Notes under the pieces: model-generated
The model's input: only the letters and a program-made list of their open reading frames with translations
What the model was told of the DNA's origin: nothing
Databases searched by the model: none
Made by a program: the position numbers and the translations under genes
Shown here: piece by piece, positions 1-9,494 of the stretch
Layout: each line of letters begins with the position of its first letter
Position numbering within the stretch: position 1 is the first letter of the stretch
DNA from: a virus
Virus record (IMG/VR): IMGVR_UViG_3300034062_006954
Location: 17,211-81,210 of that record
Reading direction: 5' to 3' (one strand)
Length of the DNA: 64,000 nucleotides

Positions 1-237
1 ACCTTTACCATCAGTTGTTGCACCACCTACACCCAAATATTGTTCAATAGCTCCCAATGTTTTAACTCCGAATTGATTATCGGCAGTGCCAGGATTTTTA
101 CCTGCTTTAATCAAAGCATTTTGTAAATCTTGGATTGTGTAGTTCGTTTGGGGTTGAGTTATTTCTGATAAAATTTTTGAGTTGTGTTTTCTCAAAATTT
201 CATATTTTTCACTTTCTGATATATATAATCTTTTCAT
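1..237 (-). CDS. Probable virion protein with peptidoglycan-binding (PG_binding_1-like) domain; runs off the window edge
   Basis: Manual translation from ATG 237: MKRLYISESEKYEILRKH...IQDLQNALIKAGKNPGTADNQFGVKTLGAI (LQxxL..G..G..DxxFGxxT pattern); N-terminus resembles the adjacent gene. Confidence 0.7.
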   Translation of the reverse strand, partial: MKRLYISESEKYEILRKHNSKILSEITQPQTNYTIQDLQNALIKAGKNPGTADNQFGVKTLGAIEQYLGVGGATTDGKG

Positions 238-262
238 ATTAATTTTAATAATTAGTTACTAT

Positions 263-1342
263 TTATTGCACTCCTTTAGCTTGTGGTGATGTTGCTGTGT
301 TTGTTGTTGTATTAGTTCCACCTTGAATTTTGGCCATTAAAGCATTAATTGTTGCCTGATCCATTTTACCTGATTGTGTTAATCCTAATTTTTGTTGTAC
401 TGCTGAGACTCTTGCACTTAAGTCACCTCCACCAGTATTAGTTCCTCCACCACTTGCCTTTTCTTTTTTACTATCTAAGGCTGAGTAATCTTGGGCATCA
501 ACAATACCATCACCATCACATTTATAATATCTTCTCTCTACCATTCCTTCCCACCAATATGTACCATCTGGTTGGTAAGTAATATTTTTTCCTTTCTTTT
601 CACTATATCTCTTATAACTTATAATAGTTTTTCCTTCAATATCCTTAACAGGTGTAATACCTTGAGATTTAGGTACACAAGGATAACTTTTCCAATTTTC
701 TGGTACATTAGCATTACTCGTTGAAGTTCCTGCATTTTTTGATACTTCCTCAGTCTTTTTAATTGCTTTACGTAATGGAATCTTAACACTATTTATCCAA
801 GCTTCACTTTTATAAAACTCATCAGACAATACTGACATTAAATCTTTATTATATATTTCTTTATAGTTTTGTATAACTCCACATAAATCAGGAATACTGG
901 CAATGGAACCTAATTGTTCTGCTATTTTTTTTGCACTATCATCTGTTGCATAACCACCACCTAAATAGTTTGTTGTATTAATTAAATTATTTAAATTTTT
1001 AGCAATATCATCTAATTTGTCACTATTTATTGCTGGTCCAACTTTGTTTGCTGTACAAAGTTCTCTAATATTTCCATTAAATGTAGGTCTATCATTACTA
1101 CTATATAATGCACCAATCAGTCCCCCAACAGTTCCACCGATAATCATACCTGGAACACCAGCAAACATACCCATTTGAGCACCAGCACCAGCACCTCTAA
1201 GAGTTGAACCAAGAGTACCTTGACTTAGTGCATCGTAGTAAGTAGCTTGTTCTTGCATCAAATATTGTTTTTTTGTATGACTTTCGTGTAACTTTAAAAT
1301 CCTTTCTTTTTCGGATTCATCTAAAAAATATAATTTTTTCAT
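263..1342 (-). CDS. Probable virion protein: leader, glycine-zipper TM segment, annexin-like repeat, C-terminal PG-binding-like domain
   Basis: GAGAGAQMG..GGTVGGLIG zipper; GYATDD...YKEIYNKDLMSVLSDEF; VQQKLGLTQSGKMDQATINAL. Confidence 0.55.
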   Translation of the reverse strand: MKKLYFLDESEKERILKLHESHTKKQYLMQEQATYYDALSQGTLGSTLRGAGAGAQMGMFAGVPGMIIGGTVGGLIGALYSSNDRPTFNGNIRELCTANKVGPAINSDKLDDIAKNLNNLINTTNYLGGGYATDDSAKKIAEQLGSIASIPDLCGVIQNYKEIYNKDLMSVLSDEFYKSEAWINSVKIPLRKAIKKTEEVSKNAGTSTSNANVPENWKSYPCVPKSQGITPVKDIEGKTIISYKRYSEKKGKNITYQPDGTYWWEGMVERRYYKCDGDGIVDAQDYSALDSKKEKASGGGTNTGGGDLSARVSAVQQKLGLTQSGKMDQATINALMAKIQGGTNTTTNTATSPQAKGVQ

Positions 1343-1359
1343 AATAATAATTTTTTTAT

Positions 1360-1367
1360 TATAAATA
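1360..1367 (-). promoter_or_regulatory. Putative late promoter TATTTATA (representative copy)
   Basis: Same motif lies just upstream of many structural-gene starts (also 2547, 3248, 6885, 8001, 9487, 11494, 13277, 17335). Confidence 0.7.
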
Positions 1368-1407
1368 TCTTAAGATAATAAAAAATTTATAAATACAATA
1401 AATAAAG

Positions 1408-1432
1408 AACCCCATCTTTTAAAATGGGGTTA
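1408..1432. terminator. Intrinsic terminator hairpin
   Basis: AACCCCAT...ATGGGGTT inverted repeat between genes. Confidence 0.6.
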
Positions 1433-1438
1433 TATGAA

Positions 1439-2530
1439 TTAACCTAATTTATCTGGACCATTACCCTTTAAAAACTTATCCAATTCTGTTAAGTAAGGAT
1501 TTACACCTTTGGTAAGTTGAGTTGATGGTTCGTTTTTGATAAACCACATCACATCATTTGGATTATCAACTTTTGGTACAAAACCAGCAATAACTTGCCA
1601 ATCTCCAGCTTGTTTAAGTCCAGGGGCTCCCTTACCCGTTGATTTATATACAATCATATTATCACCCGTTGGTAATTTAATTTCCAAAACTTCCCTACCT
1701 GAAATATTGGTTCTATTAACAACTTTAACATCCTTCGGATTGAACTTCATTGTCTCAAGTTTCTTAGCTTTCCCAAATAATTTATCCAACTCAACTTCAT
1801 GTTTAGTTGTAATAAACCAATTTGATTTAACCCAACTTGGTACAGCATTAGGGATGTTTTTTACTAAATTCTGAGGTGAAAACTTATCAAGTACAACTTG
1901 TCTGAAATTAGTTCCATCAGCTAATTGTCTTGGTAATGTATTAATAACATCATCAATTTTTAATGTCTTATTTTGAAGTCCATCTAATACACTTAAAACT
2001 TGCGTCATAGGTATTTTATTACCACTAGCAGATTCTAAGTATTCTAAACCATTAAAAATTGTTTTATTCGTATTCATACTATTCAAAAAATTGGTATCAA
2101 AAGAACCACTCAATTTACTTAACATTTGATTAGATGGTGTACCAATATTTTTTACTAAATTTTTGTTAGAGAACTTATCAAGTACAACTTGTCTGAAATT
2201 AGTTCCATCAGCCAATTGTCTTGGTAACATATTAATAACCTCATCTACTTTTAAGGTTTTGTTATTTAAACCATCTAAAATAGTTGATATTTGAGTCATA
2301 GGTATTTTTTTACCACTTGCAGATTCTAAATACTCAATCCCATTAAAAATAGTTTTATTCTTATTCATACTACTGAAAAAATTACTATCAAAAATACTAG
2401 TCAATTTACTTAGCATTTTATTTGGTTGTACATTCATATTCTTCAGAAAGTTGAAGTTAATTTCTGAAACAACGTTTTTAACAAGTTTCGTTAAATCCTT
2501 CTCAGTTAATCTTATTATTTTTTTTCTCAT
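1439..2530 (-). CDS. Hypothetical protein with KIIRLTE leader and internal ~98-aa tandem duplication
   Basis: ORF track; NKTIFNG.EYLESASG.KIPMTQ...LPRQLADGTNFRQVVLDKFS occurs twice. Confidence 0.75.
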   Translation of the reverse strand: MRKKIIRLTEKDLTKLVKNVVSEINFNFLKNMNVQPNKMLSKLTSIFDSNFFSSMNKNKTIFNGIEYLESASGKKIPMTQISTILDGLNNKTLKVDEVINMLPRQLADGTNFRQVVLDKFSNKNLVKNIGTPSNQMLSKLSGSFDTNFLNSMNTNKTIFNGLEYLESASGNKIPMTQVLSVLDGLQNKTLKIDDVINTLPRQLADGTNFRQVVLDKFSPQNLVKNIPNAVPSWVKSNWFITTKHEVELDKLFGKAKKLETMKFNPKDVKVVNRTNISGREVLEIKLPTGDNMIVYKSTGKGAPGLKQAGDWQVIAGFVPKVDNPNDVMWFIKNEPSTQLTKGVNPYLTELDKFLKGNGPDKLG

Positions 2531-2565
2531 TATAATATTTTTTTATTATAAATATCAATGAGTAA

Positions 2566-3243
2566 TTAATATTTATTCCCCTTCTTTATATTTTCTAAAC
2601 CCCACATTGGTTGTAAATTATCCAATGACCAACACTTCTTAAACTCTTCATCCTCACTACCCTCAAATATAAATGATGAAATTGGTTTGATATGGTCAAT
2701 ATGCCATTCACCATAGTTATCCCAATTCATACCATCATTAAATTGTTTTTCTAAATGAACAATAAGTTGTTCAGGAGTATATCCCAATATATCAAAGTAA
2801 TGACCATACTTTTGTAAATTGTTTTCTTTTAATACAATGTATATCGCTGACCTAAAGTTGGAGATGAGTTTATAGAGGGGATCTGTATGTCTTTTGTGTT
2901 TTTGATATACTCTCTTTCTTTCTCTGTGTTTATCTATATTTTTTTCTCTCCATTCTTTATGATAGATGTTTAGTTTGTTTCTATTATTTTTTTGCCATTC
3001 AGAAAAATAATCTAATCTTTTCTGTCTATTTTTTTCATACCATTTTTTATCACTTACAGATTTACCACCCCTGAATTTCATACCTGGTGTACCAACATTT
3101 ACATTGTTTTCTTTTAATACTCGTAAGACTATGTGTTTTTTCAAACCTAACTTTTCAGAAATAGATGGACTACCCAACATCTCTTCGTTGTATAATCTAA
3201 TTATTTCTTTTACAATTGTGATATCTAATTCTATTTTTTTCAT
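2566..3243 (-). CDS. HNH homing-type endonuclease
   Basis: WHIDHIKP...NLQPMW..EN..K motif; basic helical N-terminal region; lies directly after the capsid gene. Confidence 0.85.
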   Translation of the reverse strand: MKKIELDITIVKEIIRLYNEEMLGSPSISEKLGLKKHIVLRVLKENNVNVGTPGMKFRGGKSVSDKKWYEKNRQKRLDYFSEWQKNNRNKLNIYHKEWREKNIDKHRERKRVYQKHKRHTDPLYKLISNFRSAIYIVLKENNLQKYGHYFDILGYTPEQLIVHLEKQFNDGMNWDNYGEWHIDHIKPISSFIFEGSEDEEFKKCWSLDNLQPMWGLENIKKGNKY

Positions 3244-3340
3244 ATAATATAAATATAAACATTATAGCGATTGTGTCAACTATAAATAAAAAAAAGAGGG
3301 ACAAAAACTTGTCCCTCTCGTCAATATTAACTAAGATTGA

Positions 3341-5221
3341 TTATCTCAATTCTTGTAAGTCGAATGTTCTAACACCATCAACTGTAATACGCCCATAAAA
3401 TCTATTATTCACCATTTTTTTAGCGTATCTAGTCATGATACCTTTGATTGGTGTAAAGTTGAATGGATTGTACATTGTTGGAGTTAATTGAAGTGGAACA
3501 TACGGAGCGTAGATGTAACCAGTATCAAGAAGTGATGTACCTTTATGTCCGATTAACACTTGGTTAGATGGGAAGTAAGGATCACGATATACTTGGTATC
3601 TACCAGCTAATGTACCCACTCTTTCAATACCCATATTGTATTGGTCTTGCTCAGGAGAAGCATTTGATACGTGGAAGTATTCCAAGTCATCAAAGATTGC
3701 AGAAACCTCAGAAGAAACAACAATCCAGTTAGCACCACCTCTAAGAGTTGATTTGTGGATTTGAGCAGAAAGTTGGTTGATAGCTGTAATCAACGTTTGA
3801 TTCCAGTCTTTTTGAGTGTAAACAGTGTTACCTGCAATTCTTCTCCATCCGTTGTAATCCCAACGTAAATTCCAAGCAGCACCTTTTCTAAGGTCACGAA
3901 GGATTTCTCTATCGATTTCAGCAGCAACTTGCTCAGAAAGAAGAGCAGTTAATTCAGCTTCAGCATCGATATTGTGGAATGCAGCAACGTCTTGAGCAAG
4001 TTCAGGAGACCATTGAGCTCTAAGTTTTCTTTCAGACACAGAAACAGTTACTGATTCAAGGTCAAAAGAAACCTCACCGATTTTATCTTCGAATTCAAGT
4101 TCTTCATATCTTCTCCATACAGCTGTGAAAGAAGTAGCAGAAGATGCTGAGAAAATAGTTGTACCAGTGTAACCATCTAAAGATGAATCACCACAATTTG
4201 CACAAGCAGGACAAGAAAGGTCAACTTCTAAGTAGATACAACCATCTTGACCACAAATGTTATCAAATGTTCCACCATTACCACGATCTGCTGATGTTTT
4301 AGAACCTGAAGTACCACTTGGGAAAACAGTTTGTTCTCTTGTTGATGTTGGATTTACAATACCTTTACCATATTGTTGAGTAACAACTCTGAACAATAAA
4401 TTAGGATAAGTATCAGTAGAAATACCCATAGTATCACAAGTATTTGTATCAGCAGAAATTGTGTTTCTGATAATTCTTAAGTCAGCAAGGAAAGTTTCAG
4501 AATCAACTTCATTTCCATCAGGACCGATTAACTTACCATAACCAGGGAAAGAAGTCCATCCACAAAGTTTCATAACTAACTTTCTAACGTTTGGTGTTGT
4601 TTCAGTGATTTGATAGTTTTCTAAAGAACCATTTACCCACTTCAACAAACCAGTATCTTGAGTGATAGCTGACCAACGACCTTTTGAATAGTCGAATAAA
4701 CCTGCAGGTTCTAAACCTGGTTCAGTTCCTTCATAGAATAAATCATAAAGATTTTTTGCATAAGCACCAGCACCTGTGTAACCAGCATTTGGATTTCCAG
4801 GGTAGTTACCAGGACTACCTACAGGAGAGTAGTGTTCACCTGAATAATCAGGGAAACCTTTTGCATCAAAAGTACCACCACTATAACCTTGGATTTTAGG
4901 TACGAAGTAGAACAATTTACCGATAGGTAAGTTCATAGCTTGTACAGATACGATGTCATTTGCTAACAATTTAGAGAATACTCTTCTTACGATTGGGAAT
5001 ACAACCGTTTCGAATGATCCTGAACTTCCATCAGAAGTTGCTTCGTTGATTAAGAAAGAAGCTTGGTTTTCATATAACTGAGCTACGTTTTCTTTTAGGT
5101 GGCCTCTAAGACCTTCAAGGAATCCTAATCTATCCCATTTGTTAATAGTATCTTCTTTGATAACTTTAAGGTGTTTCAAACCAATGTTACCAACAAGACC
5201 CGATTCTAATAATGCTCCCAT
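3341..5221 (-). CDS. Major capsid protein (T4 gp23-like)
   Basis: VFPIVRRVF..DIVSVQAMNLP.G.LFY; RKLRAQWSPELAQD..AFH.IDAEAEL; EIDREI; YAPYVPL; GIMTRY. Confidence 0.97.
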   Translation of the reverse strand: MGALLESGLVGNIGLKHLKVIKEDTINKWDRLGFLEGLRGHLKENVAQLYENQASFLINEATSDGSSGSFETVVFPIVRRVFSKLLANDIVSVQAMNLPIGKLFYFVPKIQGYSGGTFDAKGFPDYSGEHYSPVGSPGNYPGNPNAGYTGAGAYAKNLYDLFYEGTEPGLEPAGLFDYSKGRWSAITQDTGLLKWVNGSLENYQITETTPNVRKLVMKLCGWTSFPGYGKLIGPDGNEVDSETFLADLRIIRNTISADTNTCDTMGISTDTYPNLLFRVVTQQYGKGIVNPTSTREQTVFPSGTSGSKTSADRGNGGTFDNICGQDGCIYLEVDLSCPACANCGDSSLDGYTGTTIFSASSATSFTAVWRRYEELEFEDKIGEVSFDLESVTVSVSERKLRAQWSPELAQDVAAFHNIDAEAELTALLSEQVAAEIDREILRDLRKGAAWNLRWDYNGWRRIAGNTVYTQKDWNQTLITAINQLSAQIHKSTLRGGANWIVVSSEVSAIFDDLEYFHVSNASPEQDQYNMGIERVGTLAGRYQVYRDPYFPSNQVLIGHKGTSLLDTGYIYAPYVPLQLTPTMYNPFNFTPIKGIMTRYAKKMVNNRFYGRITVDGVRTFDLQELR

Positions 5222-5261
5222 TTTGTATTTGTTTTTGTTTTTTAGCGAGTTTATTGATTTA

Positions 5262-6869
5262 TTATTTTAATTTTGACATTAAATCCTTCATTCTTAAGAA
5301 TTGTGGATTTTCGTAAGTTTTTGACTCAATCAAGTTAACAGCTGAACCAGTTGAAGGTGCTTTTGCAATTGTTCTTTCAATTGATTCACTTACTTGTTGT
5401 GGTTTAGAACTTGTTAATTCGTCTTTGATTGTTTTGTATAAGTTTTTAGATTCTTTGATTGTTTCTACAGAATCAAATCTTTTTAGAATATTAATTTTCT
5501 CTTGTTTTGAAGTAGAATGTTCAGTAAACAATCTTGTAGCGTATGCCAAGTTTGAGTTGAAAGTTGCAACTTCATTAAGTTTATTTCTAAAAATATTTAA
5601 TGCCTTTCTGTATTCTTCGTTTTTCTCTCTAAGGATTTCTAATTCATGCTGATTGAATGATTCTTCAATGTTTGTGTTAAATTTTGAATACGTTCTAGGT
5701 TTTGGTAAACCACCTTTTCTGAATTTTGAACCAGCTCCTAATGTACGTGAAGCTTCTTTAGTTTCCATTTTCTTAGGTGTTGTAACCATTCCCTCTTTAC
5801 GTTCTTTTCTGTGAGTTGGTTTGCCTTTGAATTCACCATCAAAACTTGGAGAATCTTTTTTATAGATATTTGCTTTTTTAGCACTACCAGTTCCCATCAT
5901 TTTGTTAGCGTTTTTACCAACTACCTTGAAACCACCATCCATATTTGGAGTTTTAGACATCTTATATGATTGTGCATTTCCGAAACCGATTCCTTTTGGT
6001 TTAGTTGATTTTTTAGATTTTTTAGATTCAAATAAACCTTCAAATTCTTCATCATCTTCTTCATCCATACCCATCATATTTTCATCTTCTACTTCAAGTT
6101 CATATATTGTTTCTTCGTCCATAGATGACATCATAGATTCAACATCATCATCTTCATACATAGACATCATATCATCATCTTCGTCCATATTCATCATACC
6201 TTCATCTTCCATTTCAAGTTCATATATTGTTTCTTCGTCCATTGACATTACATCAGACTCCATAGTCTCATAACCACCTTCTGGATAGTAATCCTCCTCA
6301 TCTTCTAATCCATCAAATTCTTCATCCATAAATTGATCAGCAAACATACCTTCTATATCTTCTTTTTCCATACCTTCAGAAACTACTAAGTATTCTTTGT
6401 CTGTTTCATTATCTTTGAAGATTGTGTTACCTTTTTTGTCTTTTGTAATAACAATTTCGTCATTTGGGTCTAATAAAGAATAAACTTTCATTACTTGTGA
6501 TGTTGGTGCATTTGTTAAGTCGATAACTTCTTCATCATCTTCCATGTCTTCGTCATCCATGTCATCATCGTCCATGTCCTCTTCATCGTCCATGTCATCA
6601 TCATCCATATCATCGTCATCCATTTCTTCATCATCATCATCAAACTCTACATCAGCCACATCAGTGTCCTCAAAGTCCATTTCTTCATCATCGTCTTCCT
6701 CAACCCCTTTTTTCTTTTTCTTACTTTCAAAAAGAGATTCCTTTACTAAATCTTTGATTTCTTGTTTCATAGTTGAAGCAAGTATTCCTTTTGCATTCTG
6801 AGCAACTGTTTCTTCCAAATTTTTCATTTGGATTATTGCCTCTTCAACAATTGATTTTTCGTTTGCCAT
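5262..6869 (-). CDS. Prohead core/scaffold protein (T4 gp22-like), highly acidic
   Basis: Directly upstream of the capsid gene; D/E/M-rich linker; C-terminal coiled coil; start moved to MANEK behind TATTTATA. Confidence 0.8.
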   Translation of the reverse strand: MANEKSIVEEAIIQMKNLEETVAQNAKGILASTMKQEIKDLVKESLFESKKKKKGVEEDDDEEMDFEDTDVADVEFDDDDEEMDDDDMDDDDMDDEEDMDDDDMDDEDMEDDEEVIDLTNAPTSQVMKVYSLLDPNDEIVITKDKKGNTIFKDNETDKEYLVVSEGMEKEDIEGMFADQFMDEEFDGLEDEEDYYPEGGYETMESDVMSMDEETIYELEMEDEGMMNMDEDDDMMSMYEDDDVESMMSSMDEETIYELEVEDENMMGMDEEDDEEFEGLFESKKSKKSTKPKGIGFGNAQSYKMSKTPNMDGGFKVVGKNANKMMGTGSAKKANIYKKDSPSFDGEFKGKPTHRKERKEGMVTTPKKMETKEASRTLGAGSKFRKGGLPKPRTYSKFNTNIEESFNQHELEILREKNEEYRKALNIFRNKLNEVATFNSNLAYATRLFTEHSTSKQEKINILKRFDSVETIKESKNLYKTIKDELTSSKPQQVSESIERTIAKAPSTGSAVNLIESKTYENPQFLRMKDLMSKLK

Positions 6870-7027
6870 TTTTTTTATTTTTTTTATAAATATGTTCATT
6901 TATGAAAAATATTACTTTTGAGTAATATCAAAAGAATTTTTTTTATATACATAAATATTGAGGTTTTCACAAAAATCAAAAGGGGACTCTTCCGAATCCC
7001 CCTTTTATTTTTAAATAACTATAAAAA

Positions 7028-7243
7028 TTATTCAATTACTTCATCAATTTTACTTTCAACTATGGCGGTTATTCTCCAATCCATAGTATAATGTTCATAA
7101 ATTTTTGTGACTTTTGCTTCAACATCAGTTGGATTATAACCTAATACTAATTTTTCCAACTTAATTTTTTTAACTTTTCCACTTTCTTCATCAACTAAAT
7201 CTTCAGTAATTTTTGCAACGAAATATTTTTGTCCACTTTCCAT
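7028..7243 (-). CDS. Small protein resembling Bacteroidota DUF4494
   Basis: YFVAKI...GKVKK...LV.....TDVEAKV pattern. Confidence 0.5.
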   Translation of the reverse strand: MESGQKYFVAKITEDLVDEESGKVKKIKLEKLVLGYNPTDVEAKVTKIYEHYTMDWRITAIVESKIDEVIE

Positions 7244-7267
7244 ATTTGAATTTTTTTTTTAATTTGT

Positions 7268-7993
7268 TTAATAACCCAAATAATCGTTAAGTCTTTTCAT
7301 TAAGTCAAGAGATTTGTTACCATTTTCACCAACATTTCTTTCCATTGCCATATTTTTATCATCGTCTAAATTTTCATCCAAACTTGCCCTATCTTCCTTA
7401 TTCAAAAATAGATATGCACCAGGCGTTGATGGTGATGATACCAAATCAAAACAAATTAATTCAAAATCATCTTGAACCTCATTTTGTTCCCCAACTTTTT
7501 TTAATGAACCAACACCACGAGAAGAAATACCTAAAGTTACACCCTGACGTAAATAATTTGCTGCCATATCTCCTTTAGTAGAAACAATTCCTCTTTCGTG
7601 GAAACCTGGACTTGTCAACAATTTTAGTTTTCCCATTAAAACAGGACCTTCCCACCATATTTCTGTTATAATATGAGAAACTCTATCTAAGTCTATTAGA
7701 GAAGATTCAGGGTGATTTAATTCAGATAAGGAAGTACCCTTTTGAATCATTTTTTTATAGTTTTCAGCTTCTCTCTTTAAAATACGTTCAGGATAAATTC
7801 TACCATTACGATTTGGTGTATTGAATTTTTGTAATACAGCGTAAAACTCAAATGGTTTAGAATGGTCTAAAAAGTTTTTAGACTCTTTAATTATTTTTGC
7901 ATTTTCTTCGTGAGATGGTGAAACGAATCCAGCATCCTCTTCAATTAAAATCCCCTTTCCGCTTTGACCAGGTTTTAATATTTTAAGTTCCAT
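7268..7993 (-). CDS. Prohead protease (T4 gp21-like)
   Basis: NRNGRIYP; ELNHP; VSHII; LGISSRGVGS; FDLVSSPSTPGA. Confidence 0.95.
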   Translation of the reverse strand: MELKILKPGQSGKGILIEEDAGFVSPSHEENAKIIKESKNFLDHSKPFEFYAVLQKFNTPNRNGRIYPERILKREAENYKKMIQKGTSLSELNHPESSLIDLDRVSHIITEIWWEGPVLMGKLKLLTSPGFHERGIVSTKGDMAANYLRQGVTLGISSRGVGSLKKVGEQNEVQDDFELICFDLVSSPSTPGAYLFLNKEDRASLDENLDDDKNMAMERNVGENGNKSLDLMKRLNDYLGY

Positions 7994-8028
7994 AATCTTT
8001 TATAAATAAATATCATTATTTTTGATAT

Positions 8029-8478
8029 TTATATTTCTGTGGATTTGTTCTTTTTTGTTAATGAAAAATTGAAGTATTCGTTTTTCAAAAAATTTTGATT
8101 GATTACATTTTTAGTAAGAGATTTAAGATTCTCTTTTAAGTTGGTATCTTTGAAATCTAAATTTTCTTCTTTCAAGAAAAGATTAATTTCTAAATTAAGA
8201 AAAGACTTTTTAGTTAAACTAATACCACTTGATCTCAAATCTAAATCAACAATAAAATTTTCTTTGAATAAATGATTATTTAGATTGTTATGAACTGAGT
8301 GTTTTATGGCACGTGATAAATTTAGAACAACACGATTCCAATTATCTGAATCTTTTTTTGGTTCTACCCAAGTCTGAATATTTAAATATATTGATTTTAG
8401 TTCGAAAGAGTCGACAGTACCATACGTAATTTTTGCTATTTTAAACCCTAAAATTTTAGAGGTTTTTCCTTTTTTCAT
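8029..8478 (-). CDS. Hypothetical protein in the head module
   Basis: 149-aa ORF, co-oriented. Confidence 0.7.
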   Translation of the reverse strand: MKKGKTSKILGFKIAKITYGTVDSFELKSIYLNIQTWVEPKKDSDNWNRVVLNLSRAIKHSVHNNLNNHLFKENFIVDLDLRSSGISLTKKSFLNLEINLFLKEENLDFKDTNLKENLKSLTKNVINQNFLKNEYFNFSLTKKNKSTEI

Positions 8479-8572
8479 TAAATAAAATTTTACAATTGTT
8501 TATTTTAGAAAAAAGTAATTAAATTTGTTTTAAAAGTCAAAAAACAATAAATCATTATAAAAAACCATAAAA

Positions 8573-8764
8573 ATGTTAATAGTACAAGTAGATAACAAAA
8601 CCCCAATTGAAAAAGCTTTGAAACTATTCAAAAGTAAAGTTATTAAAACTAAATTGATGTCTGAATTGAGAAATCGAAAAGAATTTACTAAACCATCAAT
8701 AACCAAGCGTAAAACTAAGAATAGTGCAATTTACAGAGAACAAATGAAAAAAACTGAAAACTAA
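8573..8764 (+). CDS. rpsU: Ribosomal protein bS21
   Basis: MLIV.V....IEKALK.FK.K......ELR.RKEFTKPS..KR; Tyr54 present as in Bacteroidota bS21. Confidence 0.92.
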   Translation: MLIVQVDNKTPIEKALKLFKSKVIKTKLMSELRNRKEFTKPSITKRKTKNSAIYREQMKKTEN

Positions 8765-9474
8765 ATTGACTCCTTTAAACTTTTAAGTTTATAGTAATTT
8801 AACTTAGTGTAATTTTCACTTTTCATTTTTTCAATACTTTCATTTATTTTTACTACAACATCAGATTCTGCTGATTTCTTTAAATCAGTAAGTTTTTCTA
8901 TTACATTCTCTTTCAACTTACCATATTCACTCTTTAGAATATTGTCATCTTCATTCAACATATTTTCAAGTTCTCGTTTTTCAGATTCACTTAAGTTATC
9001 TATGTAACCCTTAATGGTTTTATTTGCAATATTCACAATAGTTTTTATTGGTAACTCAATTGAATCAGATGAGTTTAATGGTTTCTTTCTAAGAGTTTCT
9101 GATAGTATTTTTTTACTACTAATTTTTTCATTGATAGATGTTACATCATTAGAAAAAAGTTTGTCAATTGTTTCATATTTGTTTTCTGTTTGGATATTAC
9201 CTATCCATTTTTTTATCTCAAGAATTTTATTATTAGTAACTTTGTTAATCAAGTTTTCATATATTTTAACACTCTCATTAAGGTAATCATTAATAAGAGT
9301 GTTATCCATTCCTTGGTTTGTATTTAATTCATCGTATAAGTAAAAAAGACTACTTATAGTTTTGTCCTCCAGAACTAATTTTTTAAAGTTTTTTATTTCA
9401 TTTTTAAAACTTTTTTTGATATATGATTCTAATAATTTCTCTTCAATTTTTGATTTAAGTGTCCCGAATTTCAT
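8761..9474 (-). CDS. Hypothetical head-module protein
   Basis: ORF after portal; start moved to MKFGT behind TATTTATA at 9487. Confidence 0.75.
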   Translation of the reverse strand: MKFGTLKSKIEEKLLESYIKKSFKNEIKNFKKLVLEDKTISSLFYLYDELNTNQGMDNTLINDYLNESVKIYENLINKVTNNKILEIKKWIGNIQTENKYETIDKLFSNDVTSINEKISSKKILSETLRKKPLNSSDSIELPIKTIVNIANKTIKGYIDNLSESEKRELENMLNEDDNILKSEYGKLKENVIEKLTDLKKSAESDVVVKINESIEKMKSENYTKLNYYKLKSLKESI

Positions 9475-9494
9475 AGTGTTTTTATTTATAAATA

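Noticed and set aside
5425-6801. Ser-rich + strand ORFs and other antisense ORFs inside long genes
   Set aside because: Shadows of Asp/Glu-rich or otherwise well supported genes on the opposite strand.
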